NCBI GenBank assembly: GCA_035910535.1
Contig: JAMHXF010000097.1
Location: 14,295-78,294 of the forward strand
Source: Archangium sp.
Lineage (GTDB): Bacteria > Myxococcota > Myxococcia > Myxococcales > Myxococcaceae
Reading direction: 5' to 3'
Length of the DNA: 64,000 nt
In this document: positions 28,612-37,376 of the stretch, piece after piece
Layout of the letters: the number at the start of each line of letters is the position of its first letter
How positions within the stretch are numbered: position 1 is the stretch's first letter
The notes under the pieces: model-generated
Database searches by the model: none
Told to the model about the DNA's origin: nothing
Seen by the model: only the letters and a program-made list of their open reading frames with translations
Program-made: the position numbers and the translations under genes

Positions 28612-28713
28612 TGGAGCGTTCTCGGAAAGAGATGTTCTAAACCCGAGAATACGCACGAACCGAGCCAGCAGAGACAACAGAAAAAATCTGGAGGATAAAG
28701 ACTTCGAACCGCC

Positions 28714-31700
28714 TCAATGAAAGTCGCGGCTCTCGATGGGCGCCTCGAGCGCGGCGTTCGGCTCGAAGAAACGCTCGGCGAGAACGTGGAGCACCTCGTC
28801 TTGCTTCTGCACCTTGCCTTCGACGCCCAGGAACGTGCGCGTGCGCGCCAACACCGAATACGCCTCGAACACGTCGCGCCACACGACGAGGTTGAGCAGC
28901 CCGGTCTCGTCTTCCAACGTCATGAAGGTCACGCCGCTCGCGGTGCCGGGGCGCTGTCGGCAGATGACGACGCCGGCGGCGCGCACGTATTGCCCATGCT
29001 GCAGCTGCCTCGCCTCTTCAGCGCTCTTGAGGCCCTGTGCATGAAGTCGTCGGCGAACCGGCCCTACCGGGTGACCACGCGTGCTGTGAGCCGTGCGCGA
29101 GTAGTCCCAGGAAATCGACTGCTGCACCGACAACCCGGGAAACGAGAGCTGCGGCTCGGAATCAACCGCGAGCGGCGTCGACCCGCCATGGAGCCCCTGC
29201 GCCTGCCACAACGCCACGCGCCGCGACGGCTCGATGGACTGCAGCGCCCCCGCTTCGGCCAGCAACGTGACCGACCTCGCCTGCACCCCGCTCCGCCGCA
29301 CGAGCTCGGTGACCGACTGCGAATCGCGCACGTCGCGCAACCTCGTCGCGTCTCCTTCATTGAGGCCCTTCACGAAGCGCAGCCCCATGCGCAGCGCGTA
29401 GTCGTGCTTCCCGTCGGTCGGCTCCAGCGTGCAGTTCCACTCGCTCGACTTGAGATCAATCGACAACACCTGCACGCCGTGGCGCTTCGCGTCTTCGACG
29501 AGCGTCGCCGGTGAATAGAACCCCATGGGCAACGAGTTGAGCAGCCCACACGTGAACTCCACCGGGTAGTGGGCCTTCAAGTAGCTGCCGGCGTAGCTGA
29601 TCAACGCGAACGACGCGGCGTGGCTCTCGGGGAACCCGTAGTCACCGAAGCCGCGAACCTGCGCGAACACCCGCTCGGCGAAGTCAGGCGCGATGCCGCG
29701 CGCGATCATGCCGTTGACGAACTTGTCGTGGTGGCCTTCGAGCTTGCCGTTGCGCTTCCACGCCGCCATGTCGCGCCGGAGCTGGTCTGCTTCACCCGGT
29801 GAATAGTTCGCGCCGACGATGGCGATGCGCATCACCTGCTCTTGAAACAGCGGAACGCCGAGCGTGCGGCTCAGCACCGGCTCGAGACACGGGTGCGGGT
29901 AGGTGACGGGCTCGGCGCCGTTTCTGCGTCGGAGGTACGGGTGCACCATGCCGCCGGTGATCGGCCCCGGCCGCACGATGCTCACCTGCACCACGAGGTC
30001 GTAATAGCTCTTCGGCTTGAGCCTCGGCAGCATCGACATCTGCGCGCGGCTCTCGATCTGAAACACGCCGATGGTGTCGGCCTTCTGAATCAGCGCGTAC
30101 GTCAGCGGGTCATCTTCAGGAATCGTCGCCAACGAGATCTCGCGCCCTCGATGCTTCGCGATCAGCTCGAACGACTTGTGCAGGTGCGTGAGCGACCCCA
30201 ACGCCAACAGGTCGACCTTGAAGAGCCCCAGCGTCTCGACGTCGTCCTTGCTCCACTGAATGACGGTGCGCCCCTCCATCGTCGCGTTCTCGACGGGCAC
30301 CAGCGTCGAAATCGGGTCGTGGCCGAGAATGAACCCACCAGGGTGAATCGAGAGGTGTCGCGGGAACCCTTCGAGCTCCTGGCAGATCGACATCAACAAC
30401 TCGAAGCTCTGCGCCGACGTGTCGAGGCCCACGTCTTTCGCGTAACGACCGTCAGGCGAGTCGTAGTGGTGCAGCAACTTCGCGTAACGATCGAGCTCGG
30501 TCTGCGCGACGCCGAGCGCTTTGCCGACCTCACGAACCGCCGACCGCGCGCGGTAGCTCGTCACGTTCGCCACCATCGCGGCGTGCGTACGCCCGTGCTT
30601 TTCGTAGAGGTGCTGAATCACCTCTTCACGTCGCTCATGCTCGATGTCGAGATCGATGTCCGGCGGCTCCGCGCGCTCGAGCGAGAGGAAGCGCTCGAAC
30701 AAGAAGCCCATCTTCACGGGGTCGACGGCGGTGATGCCGAGGCAGAAACACACCGCTGAGCTCGCGGCGCTGCCTCGCCCCTGACAGATGATGTCGTTGG
30801 CCTGGCAGAACTCCACCAGCTCACGCATGGTCAGAAAGTAGCCGCCGTAATCGAGCGTCTCGATCAGCTGCAGCTCCTTCTTCAGCTGCGCCGTCATCGC
30901 GTCGTTCACCACGCCCCGTCGCGCCGCGCCCTCGAAGACGAGCTGCTCGAGCCACTGCGTCGTCGACGTTCCTCCCGGCAGCTTTTCTGTCGGGTAGCGG
31001 TAGCGCAGCTCCGACATCGAAAACGTGCAGCGCGCGGCGACTTCTTCGCTGCGACGCACGAGCTCCAGGCAGTCACCGTAGCGCCCTTCGAAGAGCGACC
31101 TCGACAACGCGTGCGAGTCGTTGGCCTTCAACAGCCGCCCCGCCTCCGGCAGCGAGCGTTGGTGCCGAATACAGGTCACCACGTCTTGAAGCCGACGCTT
31201 CGAGCTGTGGTGGTAGAGCACCTCAGGCGCTGCGACGAGCGGAACGCCGAGCGCCTTCGCGCGGGCACGTTGCGCGGCTTCGGTGTCGACGTCTTCGGGG
31301 AGAAAGTGCCGCGCGATGAGGCCGTAGAGCCTGTCTCCAAACGCCGGCTGCAGCGCTTCGTGAGGGCCGTCGAGCGTCCACAAAGCGATCAGGTCTTCCG
31401 CGTGCGCTGCGACTTCGGCGCGCGACACTTCAGAGCGACCCTTCTCGCAACGCATGCGGCCCAGCGTGAGCAGTTGGCAGAGGTTCGCGTACCCACGTCG
31501 CGTCATCGCCAGCAGCACCAACGTCGCGCCGTCGTCGAGCGTCACCTCGGAGCCGACGATGAGCTTGATGCCGAGCGCCTTCGCCTTTTCGTACGCGCGC
31601 ACCACGCCGTACACCCCGTCGCGATCGGTGATGGCGATGGCCGGGCAGCCGAGCTCGTACGCCGCCTCGACCAGCTCGTCGGGGAAGCTCGCGCCCTCGA

Positions 31701-31743
31701 GGAACGAGTAGTTGCTCTTGCACCACAACGGCACGCCGCTCAT
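28714..31743 (-). CDS. dnaE2: error-prone DNA polymerase DnaE2 (ImuC)
   Basis: PHP N-terminus (MSGVPLWCKSNYSFLEGAS) and Pol III alpha core. The ATG at 31743 overlaps the imuB stop (ATGA). The track ORF starts 54 nt further upstream. Confidence 0.93.
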   Translation of the reverse strand: MSGVPLWCKSNYSFLEGASFPDELVEAAYELGCPAIAITDRDGVYGVVRAYEKAKALGIKLIVGSEVTLDDGATLVLLAMTRRGYANLCQLLTLGRMRCEKGRSEVSRAEVAAHAEDLIALWTLDGPHEALQPAFGDRLYGLIARHFLPEDVDTEAAQRARAKALGVPLVAAPEVLYHHSSKRRLQDVVTCIRHQRSLPEAGRLLKANDSHALSRSLFEGRYGDCLELVRRSEEVAARCTFSMSELRYRYPTEKLPGGTSTTQWLEQLVFEGAARRGVVNDAMTAQLKKELQLIETLDYGGYFLTMRELVEFCQANDIICQGRGSAASSAVCFCLGITAVDPVKMGFLFERFLSLERAEPPDIDLDIEHERREEVIQHLYEKHGRTHAAMVANVTSYRARSAVREVGKALGVAQTELDRYAKLLHHYDSPDGRYAKDVGLDTSAQSFELLMSICQELEGFPRHLSIHPGGFILGHDPISTLVPVENATMEGRTVIQWSKDDVETLGLFKVDLLALGSLTHLHKSFELIAKHRGREISLATIPEDDPLTYALIQKADTIGVFQIESRAQMSMLPRLKPKSYYDLVVQVSIVRPGPITGGMVHPYLRRRNGAEPVTYPHPCLEPVLSRTLGVPLFQEQVMRIAIVGANYSPGEADQLRRDMAAWKRNGKLEGHHDKFVNGMIARGIAPDFAERVFAQVRGFGDYGFPESHAASFALISYAGSYLKAHYPVEFTCGLLNSLPMGFYSPATLVEDAKRHGVQVLSIDLKSSEWNCTLEPTDGKHDYALRMGLRFVKGLNEGDATRLRDVRDSQSVTELVRRSGVQARSVTLLAEAGALQSIEPSRRVALWQAQGLHGGSTPLAVDSEPQLSFPGLSVQQSISWDYSRTAHSTRGHPVGPVRRRLHAQGLKSAEEARQLQHGQYVRAAGVVICRQRPGTASGVTFMTLEDETGLLNLVVWRDVFEAYSVLARTRTFLGVEGKVQKQDEVLHVLAERFFEPNAALEAPIESRDFH

Positions 31744-33248
31744 TCGACGAAGCCCTGCAGCATCCACCTCCGGCGGAGCACGTCGAGGTAGCACCACACC
31801 ACCGCGCCGCGCGTGAGCTCGAGGAAGTAGTAGTGCCGCTTCACTTCACTGCGCCACCAACCTCCGTTGAGGAGGTACGGGCCGTGGTGCTTCACCACCG
31901 GGCCACCTCGCTCGCCGAGCACCAGCCAGCCGTCGGGTTCACGCACCGGCCTCGAGGGCAAGGGTTCGGCCTTGAAGCGCATGCGGCGAATTCGAAGGGG
32001 CATCGGTGACGTGGGCGCTGGAGGTAGAGGCGTGTCGTGGAGTTGTTCGAAGTGCAGCCGCGACTCCGGCAGGTGACCTGAGCCGTGCACGAGCTGCTGC
32101 ACCGCGATCGGGCCGAAGGCGGCGCGGACCCGCTCGAGCGTGCGCAGCGTGTCGGAGGGATCACGCCGCGGCCGATCGACCAGCGCGAGCTGCGTGGTGA
32201 CAGCCGGGGCGCCTCCGGCTTCGAAGAAGAGCCACTGCACCCCCAGCGTCTCGTTCTCTTTGCTGGCCGCCAACGTCAGTCGCACCTGCTCGGCCACACG
32301 CGCGCCGTCCAGCGTCGCTTCGGCCAGCGCCACGTTCAACTTCAGCGGCGCATTCACGACGCCACGCGGCCTGTCGAAGCCCAGCGTCACCGACAAGGTG
32401 CGCAACGCGAGCTGCCGCTCTTCGAGCACGTGCATCAACCGCCGCAGCACCGACAGGCTCGAGAACACCAGCTGATTCGAGTCGAGCACCGGCTCATCGA
32501 AGTCGAGCCGCGCTTCGACCGGCACCACCACCGCCGCCGGCTGAAATGGTTCGACGCGCTTGCCCCCCGCGAGCAACGAGAGCCGCTCAGCCGCCCCGCC
32601 GTAGCGCTTGCGCAGCCCACCCACCGGCAACGTGAGGAACTGCCCCAGCGTCTCGATGCCCAGCTTCTTCAACGCGAGCAGCGCCGTCGGCGCGAGGCCC
32701 ACGCGGCGCAACGGCACCTTCGCCTGCAGCTGCCTTTCTTCTTCTGCCGACGTCAGCAGCTTCACCTGGTCGACGCGCAGCGCCTTCGCCACGGCGTAGC
32801 TACCGAAGCGCTTGAACCCCACGCACAGCGAAGCGCGCCACCCGGCTTCACGCAGCGCGGCCAGCACCTTCGCGCCCCATTCTTCGAGCGACGGAAACAA
32901 CTGCGACAGCCCACTCACGTCGGCCCAGAGCACGCCCGGCTCGTCAGCCGACGGCTCGATGGCGGGGCTCCAGCTGCGCAACAACGCGAGCAGCTCGGCC
33001 ACGGCGAGCGCCACCTGCTCGGGCGCCACCACCGCCGCGTGCAGGTGCGCGCACAACGACAACGCCTCGCCGTACTTGAGCCCCGGCACCACGCCATGCC
33101 GCCGCGCCGCTTCGTTGATGTGGGTGATCACCCCGCGTGGCGCGTCTTCTTCGACGACCGCCACCGGCCCAGCGGCCCACGACGGGCGCTCACGGAGCAG
33201 CAGCTGCAGCGGCAACACCGGCACGTCAACGCAGGCCAACCGGTCCAC
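31740..33248 (-). CDS. imuB: ImuB, Y-family polymerase-like SOS mutagenesis protein
   Basis: LACVDVPVLPLQLLLR...HGVVPGLKYGEALSLC is UmuC/DinB-like, and the gene sits between imuA-like and dnaE2. The start is uncertain: GTG at 33248 or TTG at 33239. The track ATG at 33323 overlaps imuA by 98 nt. Confidence 0.85.
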   Translation of the reverse strand: MDRLACVDVPVLPLQLLLRERPSWAAGPVAVVEEDAPRGVITHINEAARRHGVVPGLKYGEALSLCAHLHAAVVAPEQVALAVAELLALLRSWSPAIEPSADEPGVLWADVSGLSQLFPSLEEWGAKVLAALREAGWRASLCVGFKRFGSYAVAKALRVDQVKLLTSAEEERQLQAKVPLRRVGLAPTALLALKKLGIETLGQFLTLPVGGLRKRYGGAAERLSLLAGGKRVEPFQPAAVVVPVEARLDFDEPVLDSNQLVFSSLSVLRRLMHVLEERQLALRTLSVTLGFDRPRGVVNAPLKLNVALAEATLDGARVAEQVRLTLAASKENETLGVQWLFFEAGGAPAVTTQLALVDRPRRDPSDTLRTLERVRAAFGPIAVQQLVHGSGHLPESRLHFEQLHDTPLPPAPTSPMPLRIRRMRFKAEPLPSRPVREPDGWLVLGERGGPVVKHHGPYLLNGGWWRSEVKRHYYFLELTRGAVVWCYLDVLRRRWMLQGFVE

Positions 33249-33816
33249 GGCACACCTCGTTCGTGCTCCACGTCGGCGCGTGACGCTTGTCTTTGAGCGC
33301 GCGCACCGTGAGCGTGAATTCACCAGGCGCCGACCCTGGCGCCGCCGCCCACGCCCGCATCGAGATCAGCGAATCCAACGAGCTGTCGTGCTCGCTCGCC
33401 TCGGTCAAGAAGAGCACCGCTGCGTCGTGCTTCTGCGCGAGGCCCAACATTCGCGAGAGCAACGGCGTCTGTACGCGGTGCCGCGCTGGCAGGTCGATCA
33501 CCACCAACCCGAACCCTCCGTGACGAACCAACATCTCACCGGCCCTGGGCAGCTCGACGGCCGGCACGCGCACCACCGCCACCGCCTTCAAGTCGACGCC
33601 GCTGGCTTCGACGTCGGGCGGGTAGAAGATCGAGTCGGGCCGAGAGACCCACGCCACCGGTTCTCCCGCGAGCTGCGCTTCACGAACTTTCAAGACGCCC
33701 GCCGTCAGCGCCGAAGGCCCCGAGAGCTCGCTGAGCGAAGCGCGCAGCGACTGCAGCGAAAACGGGTCTCCCGAGTCGCGGTGCTTCGTGCGAAGTGCTG
33801 AAAGAACGGTCGCCAT
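33226..33816 (-). CDS. imuA: ImuA-like (RecA/SulA-fold) SOS mutagenesis protein
   Basis: ATG at 33816 gives MATVLSAL.... LSELSGPSALTAGVL...AQLAGEPVAWV...GGFGLVVIDLP...LLSRMLGLAQKHDAAVLFLT resembles ImuA. It is the first gene after the LexA box. Confidence 0.65.
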   Translation of the reverse strand: MATVLSALRTKHRDSGDPFSLQSLRASLSELSGPSALTAGVLKVREAQLAGEPVAWVSRPDSIFYPPDVEASGVDLKAVAVVRVPAVELPRAGEMLVRHGGFGLVVIDLPARHRVQTPLLSRMLGLAQKHDAAVLFLTEASEHDSSLDSLISMRAWAAAPGSAPGEFTLTVRALKDKRHAPTWSTNEVCRGPVGLR

Positions 33817-33836
33817 CGGACCCACATCCTTCGCAC

Positions 33837-33853
33837 CTGAACGCTCGTTCAGC
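33837..33853 (-). promoter_or_regulatory. LexA (SOS) box of the Myxococcus type
   Basis: CTGAACGCTCGTTCAGC fits every position of CTRHAMRYBYGTTCAGS, the M. xanthus LexA box as I recall it. It contains the perfect palindrome CTGAACG/CGTTCAG. It lies 21 nt upstream of the imuA ATG. Confidence 0.8.
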
Positions 33854-33927
33854 AACACCCCGTGTAACTCACTGAGATCGCATACGTTGTGGAACCCCCG
33901 GTTCGACAAGAACGTTGAGAGGCGCCC

Positions 33928-35820
33928 ATGAACCCACATCTTCTCCTCGCGGTACTCGCTGTCATCGACGCGCCCGTCACGCACGTGACGGTGTTCACCA
34001 ATCAAGCCCGCGTGGTTCGAGAGGCGAAGGTGCCCGTCAGCGGCACGCAGCGCCTCGAGTTCCCCACGTTGCGAGATTCGATCGATCTCTCTTCAGTGCG
34101 CGTCGAAGCGCAGGGCGCGGAGATCAACCGGGTCGACATCGAGCGTGTGACGCCTGAGCAGCTGCGCACCGACGACGCGAAGAAGCTGCTCGAAGCGCTC
34201 GAGAAGGTCGACGTGGAGCTCGAGCGCCTCAACCAGGAACGCGCGGTGCTCAACGCGCAGCGCGACGCGCTCCATCGCCTCAACCCGTCGGCGCCCGCGA
34301 GCGAGCCGCTCAAGCCCGCGCCGAAGTTGAACGCCGCCGGCTGGGCCCAGGGCGCGCAGTTCATCGCCGATGCGCTCGGTCGCGTGCAGGTCAAGCTGCG
34401 TGACGGTGAACGGGCGCTCAAGAAGCAGAACGAGAAGCGCAGCGAGCTGCTGGAGCAGGCGCGCAAGCTGGGCAACCCCGAGACGACCTCGGGGTGGAAG
34501 ATCGTCGCGCAGACGTCGGGCAACGGGCCTGCGACGTTGACGCTCACGTACCTGGTGATGAACGCGCAGTGGACCCCCACGTGGGACCTTCAGCTGCAGC
34601 CCGACACCAACACCGTCGCGCTCTCGCTCGCGGGCCTCGTCTCGCAAACCACCGGTGAAGACTGGGCGCAGGCGACGCTCGCGTTGTCGACGGCCATTCC
34701 TTCGAGTGCGGTGACGGCGCCGAAGCTGGCCACGTGGAAAATCGGCGTCAGCGATCGCTTCATTCCCACGCCGACGCCAATCTCTTCACCCCTCGCCCCG
34801 CCGCCGCCCGTGCAGCCGCTGGCGCGGGTGCGCACCGAAGAAGATCTGCTGCGCGCGCGGCTGCAGCGCCTGGGCGCCGTCACCGTGAAGACGGCTGAAA
34901 TGCCGCGCCGGTTCGCCGCCGATACAGCGGAGTTCGATGAGGAAGAAATCAGCAGTGGGTTTGCGTCGGCAGACGCCGCGAGCAAGGAGCTCTCGCCGGC
35001 CCGGGACAGAAGAGCTGCCCCGCCGCCGCCGCCTGTAGCGCCCGCAGCGCTCGAAATGCAGCGCGTCCCTGACGTGTCCATCAGCAGCACGCGTTCAAGC
35101 GCTCCGAGCATCCCGACCACCAGCTATTCGCTCTCGCCTCCGCCTGCCTGGAGCCCGCCGCGCTTCGGCCCCGACAGCCCGGTGACGCTCGCGCAAGGCT
35201 ACGACCTGGCCTTCACGTCGCTGCAGAAAGAGACGATTCCGTCAGCGCGCGGCGCGCGTCGCGTGGCGCTGTGGGCGACGCAGTGGCCGGTGACGGTCGA
35301 GCGCAAGCTCTTCCCCGCCCTCACCACCGACGCGTACCTCGTGGCCGAACTGAAGAACCCTTCGCAGCAGGTGCTGCCCGGCGGCCCGGCGCAGCTCTTC
35401 GTAGGCGCTGACCCCGCGGGCACGGCGCGCCTCGAGCTGGTCTCGCCAGGGGAGTCATTCACGCTGCCGCTGGGCATCGACCGCGCGCTCAAGCCCGTGC
35501 GCAACGTGCAGGTGGTCGAAGCCACGCAGGGCCTCATCAGCAAAGACGAGGTCGGCACGTACACGGTGACGGTCGAGCTCGCGAACCCGTACCGCGCGCC
35601 GGTCGCCGTGCGCGTCGTCGACCAATGGCCGGTGACGTCGCAGAAGGAGGTCGAGATCAAGCTCGTCAGCGCGCAGCCGACAGCCACGCAAGACGCGAAG
35701 AAGGGCTCGCTCGAGTGGCGGTTGACGATCCCTCCGCAGCAGAAGCAGGTCTTCACGTTCGCCTACACGGTGAAGCGCCCCAGAGGTTGGAAGCTGCAGC
35801 AGCAGGAGGTGGTGCGATGA
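33928..35820 (+). CDS. DUF4140/DUF4139-type (MuiA-like) protein, paralog 1
   Basis: The N-terminus VTHVTVFTNQARVVREAKVPVSGTQRLEFPTLRDSIDLSSVRVEAQG is typical of this family. It also has a coiled-coil segment, a Pro-rich insert and the C-terminal DUF4139-like region. Confidence 0.8.
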   Translation: MNPHLLLAVLAVIDAPVTHVTVFTNQARVVREAKVPVSGTQRLEFPTLRDSIDLSSVRVEAQGAEINRVDIERVTPEQLRTDDAKKLLEALEKVDVELERLNQERAVLNAQRDALHRLNPSAPASEPLKPAPKLNAAGWAQGAQFIADALGRVQVKLRDGERALKKQNEKRSELLEQARKLGNPETTSGWKIVAQTSGNGPATLTLTYLVMNAQWTPTWDLQLQPDTNTVALSLAGLVSQTTGEDWAQATLALSTAIPSSAVTAPKLATWKIGVSDRFIPTPTPISSPLAPPPPVQPLARVRTEEDLLRARLQRLGAVTVKTAEMPRRFAADTAEFDEEEISSGFASADAASKELSPARDRRAAPPPPPVAPAALEMQRVPDVSISSTRSSAPSIPTTSYSLSPPPAWSPPRFGPDSPVTLAQGYDLAFTSLQKETIPSARGARRVALWATQWPVTVERKLFPALTTDAYLVAELKNPSQQVLPGGPAQLFVGADPAGTARLELVSPGESFTLPLGIDRALKPVRNVQVVEATQGLISKDEVGTYTVTVELANPYRAPVAVRVVDQWPVTSQKEVEIKLVSAQPTATQDAKKGSLEWRLTIPPQQKQVFTFAYTVKRPRGWKLQQQEVVR

Positions 35821-37376
35821 GCGCGCTCGTCTTGATGCTGTTGGCGTCGACGTCGGCGCCGGATCTCGTCGTCGTCTTTCCTGATCGCGCGCAGGTGACG
35901 CGCACCACGACGGTGACGTGCGGGCCGCGTGTACCGGTGCGCTTCGAGGGCGTTCCTCCCGCCGCCGCGCAAGACTCATTCAGGGCTCGCGTGGTTGGTG
36001 GGTCCATCGACGGCATGCGCGCCGAGCTGGTCTCGCGTGAGAAAGAGTTCAGCGCGAAGGCCGAAGCGCTCGGCGCGCAACTCGACACGTTGTTGATCGA
36101 CGTCGAAAACACGTCCGATTCGTTGAGCCGCGCGCAGGCGCAACAACGGGCCGGCCAGAAGTACACCGACATCGCCGTGCAGCTCGTCTCGAAAGAGCTC
36201 GCCGACAAGCCCGACGTGAAGGCGTGGTCGCAGGCCTTCGACGCGTCACTCGCCACGGGCCTCGCGGCGGCGAAGCAGCTCTCTGAATTGAACTCGAAGC
36301 TGCGCGCGCTCCGCGTGAAAGAAGACGAGCTGCGCCGCCAGCTGAGCGAAGTGCAGCTCGCGGCTTCGAAAAATTCGTGGTCGGTGGAGGTGCTCGCGTC
36401 GTGCCCGAATGGGAAGACGGCCGAGCTGGCGTTGACGTACCTCGTAGGCGGCGCGTCGTGGACGCCCGAATACGAAGCGCGCGCGCTCGAGGCCGACAAC
36501 GCCGTCGAGTTCTCGACGTGGGCCACGCTTCATCAAGGCACCGGTGAAGACTGGAGCCAGGTCGAGCTGGTGCTCTCGACCGCCGTGCCTTCGCAGAACG
36601 CCACGCCTCCGCAGCTCAAGGTGCTGCAGCTCTCGGCGTGGGAAAAAGGGCCAGAGAAGAAGGTGCTCGTGCGCCGCGAGGAATACGTCGAGCGCGCGCA
36701 GGTGGGGAACGCCGGCCCGTCGGGCAGCCTCGGCGGTCAGGCCGTCGCGCGCGAGCAGGGTTTGTCGGTGCAGCTCGCAGTACCCGACAAGTCCAAGGTG
36801 CCCGGTGATGGTGCGCCGGTGCGGCTCTTCGTCGGCAAGTCGCGCATGAAGGCGTCGTTCGAACTGCGTACGGCGCCGCGCGCGATGCCGGTCGCCTTTC
36901 GCGTGGCGGAGCTGAGCAACCAGGGCGCGTGGCCGCTGCTGCCCGGGCGCGTCGACGCGTTCCGCAGCACGGGGCTCGTCGGTCGCTATTCGATTGACCG
37001 CGTCGCGCAGGGTGGCGCGTTCACCCTCACCTTCGGCATCGAAGACGCGGTGCGCGTGAAGCGGACCATCGTCGACGAATTGAAGCGCGACACCGGCCTG
37101 TTCAACGGCAACAAGCGCTTCACGTACGTGTACTCGTTCGACGTCGCCAACTACGGCAAGCAGTCGTTGATGGTGACGCTCGCCGAGCAGCTACCGGTGT
37201 CCGAGCTGTCGGACATCGCGGTGACCGTCGGAGAGAAGACGAGCCCCGGGTACAGGCTCGACGCGAAAGACGGCATCGCGAAGTGGGCGGTGACGTTGAA
37301 GCCGGGCGAAAAGAAGAAGCTCGACCTCGACTTCCGCGTCGACGTGCCGAACGCCTACGACACCGGCGGGCTCTGA
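35817..37376 (+). CDS. DUF4140/DUF4139-type protein, paralog 2
   Basis: The ATG at 35817 overlaps the upstream stop (ATGA). VVVFPDRAQVTRTTTVTCGPRVPVRFEGVPPAAAQDSFRARVVGG has the same layout as paralog 1, with an N-terminal signal-like segment MSALVLMLLAST. Confidence 0.8.
   Translation: MSALVLMLLASTSAPDLVVVFPDRAQVTRTTTVTCGPRVPVRFEGVPPAAAQDSFRARVVGGSIDGMRAELVSREKEFSAKAEALGAQLDTLLIDVENTSDSLSRAQAQQRAGQKYTDIAVQLVSKELADKPDVKAWSQAFDASLATGLAAAKQLSELNSKLRALRVKEDELRRQLSEVQLAASKNSWSVEVLASCPNGKTAELALTYLVGGASWTPEYEARALEADNAVEFSTWATLHQGTGEDWSQVELVLSTAVPSQNATPPQLKVLQLSAWEKGPEKKVLVRREEYVERAQVGNAGPSGSLGGQAVAREQGLSVQLAVPDKSKVPGDGAPVRLFVGKSRMKASFELRTAPRAMPVAFRVAELSNQGAWPLLPGRVDAFRSTGLVGRYSIDRVAQGGAFTLTFGIEDAVRVKRTIVDELKRDTGLFNGNKRFTYVYSFDVANYGKQSLMVTLAEQLPVSELSDIAVTVGEKTSPGYRLDAKDGIAKWAVTLKPGEKKKLDLDFRVDVPNAYDTGGL

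Noticed and set aside
33899-33916. GTTCGACAAGAAC near the DUF4139 gene start as a second LexA box
   Set aside because: The half-sites are in the opposite orientation (GTTC-N5-GAAC) to the LexA-box motifs I know. It does not fit the CTRHAMRYBYGTTCAGS pattern.
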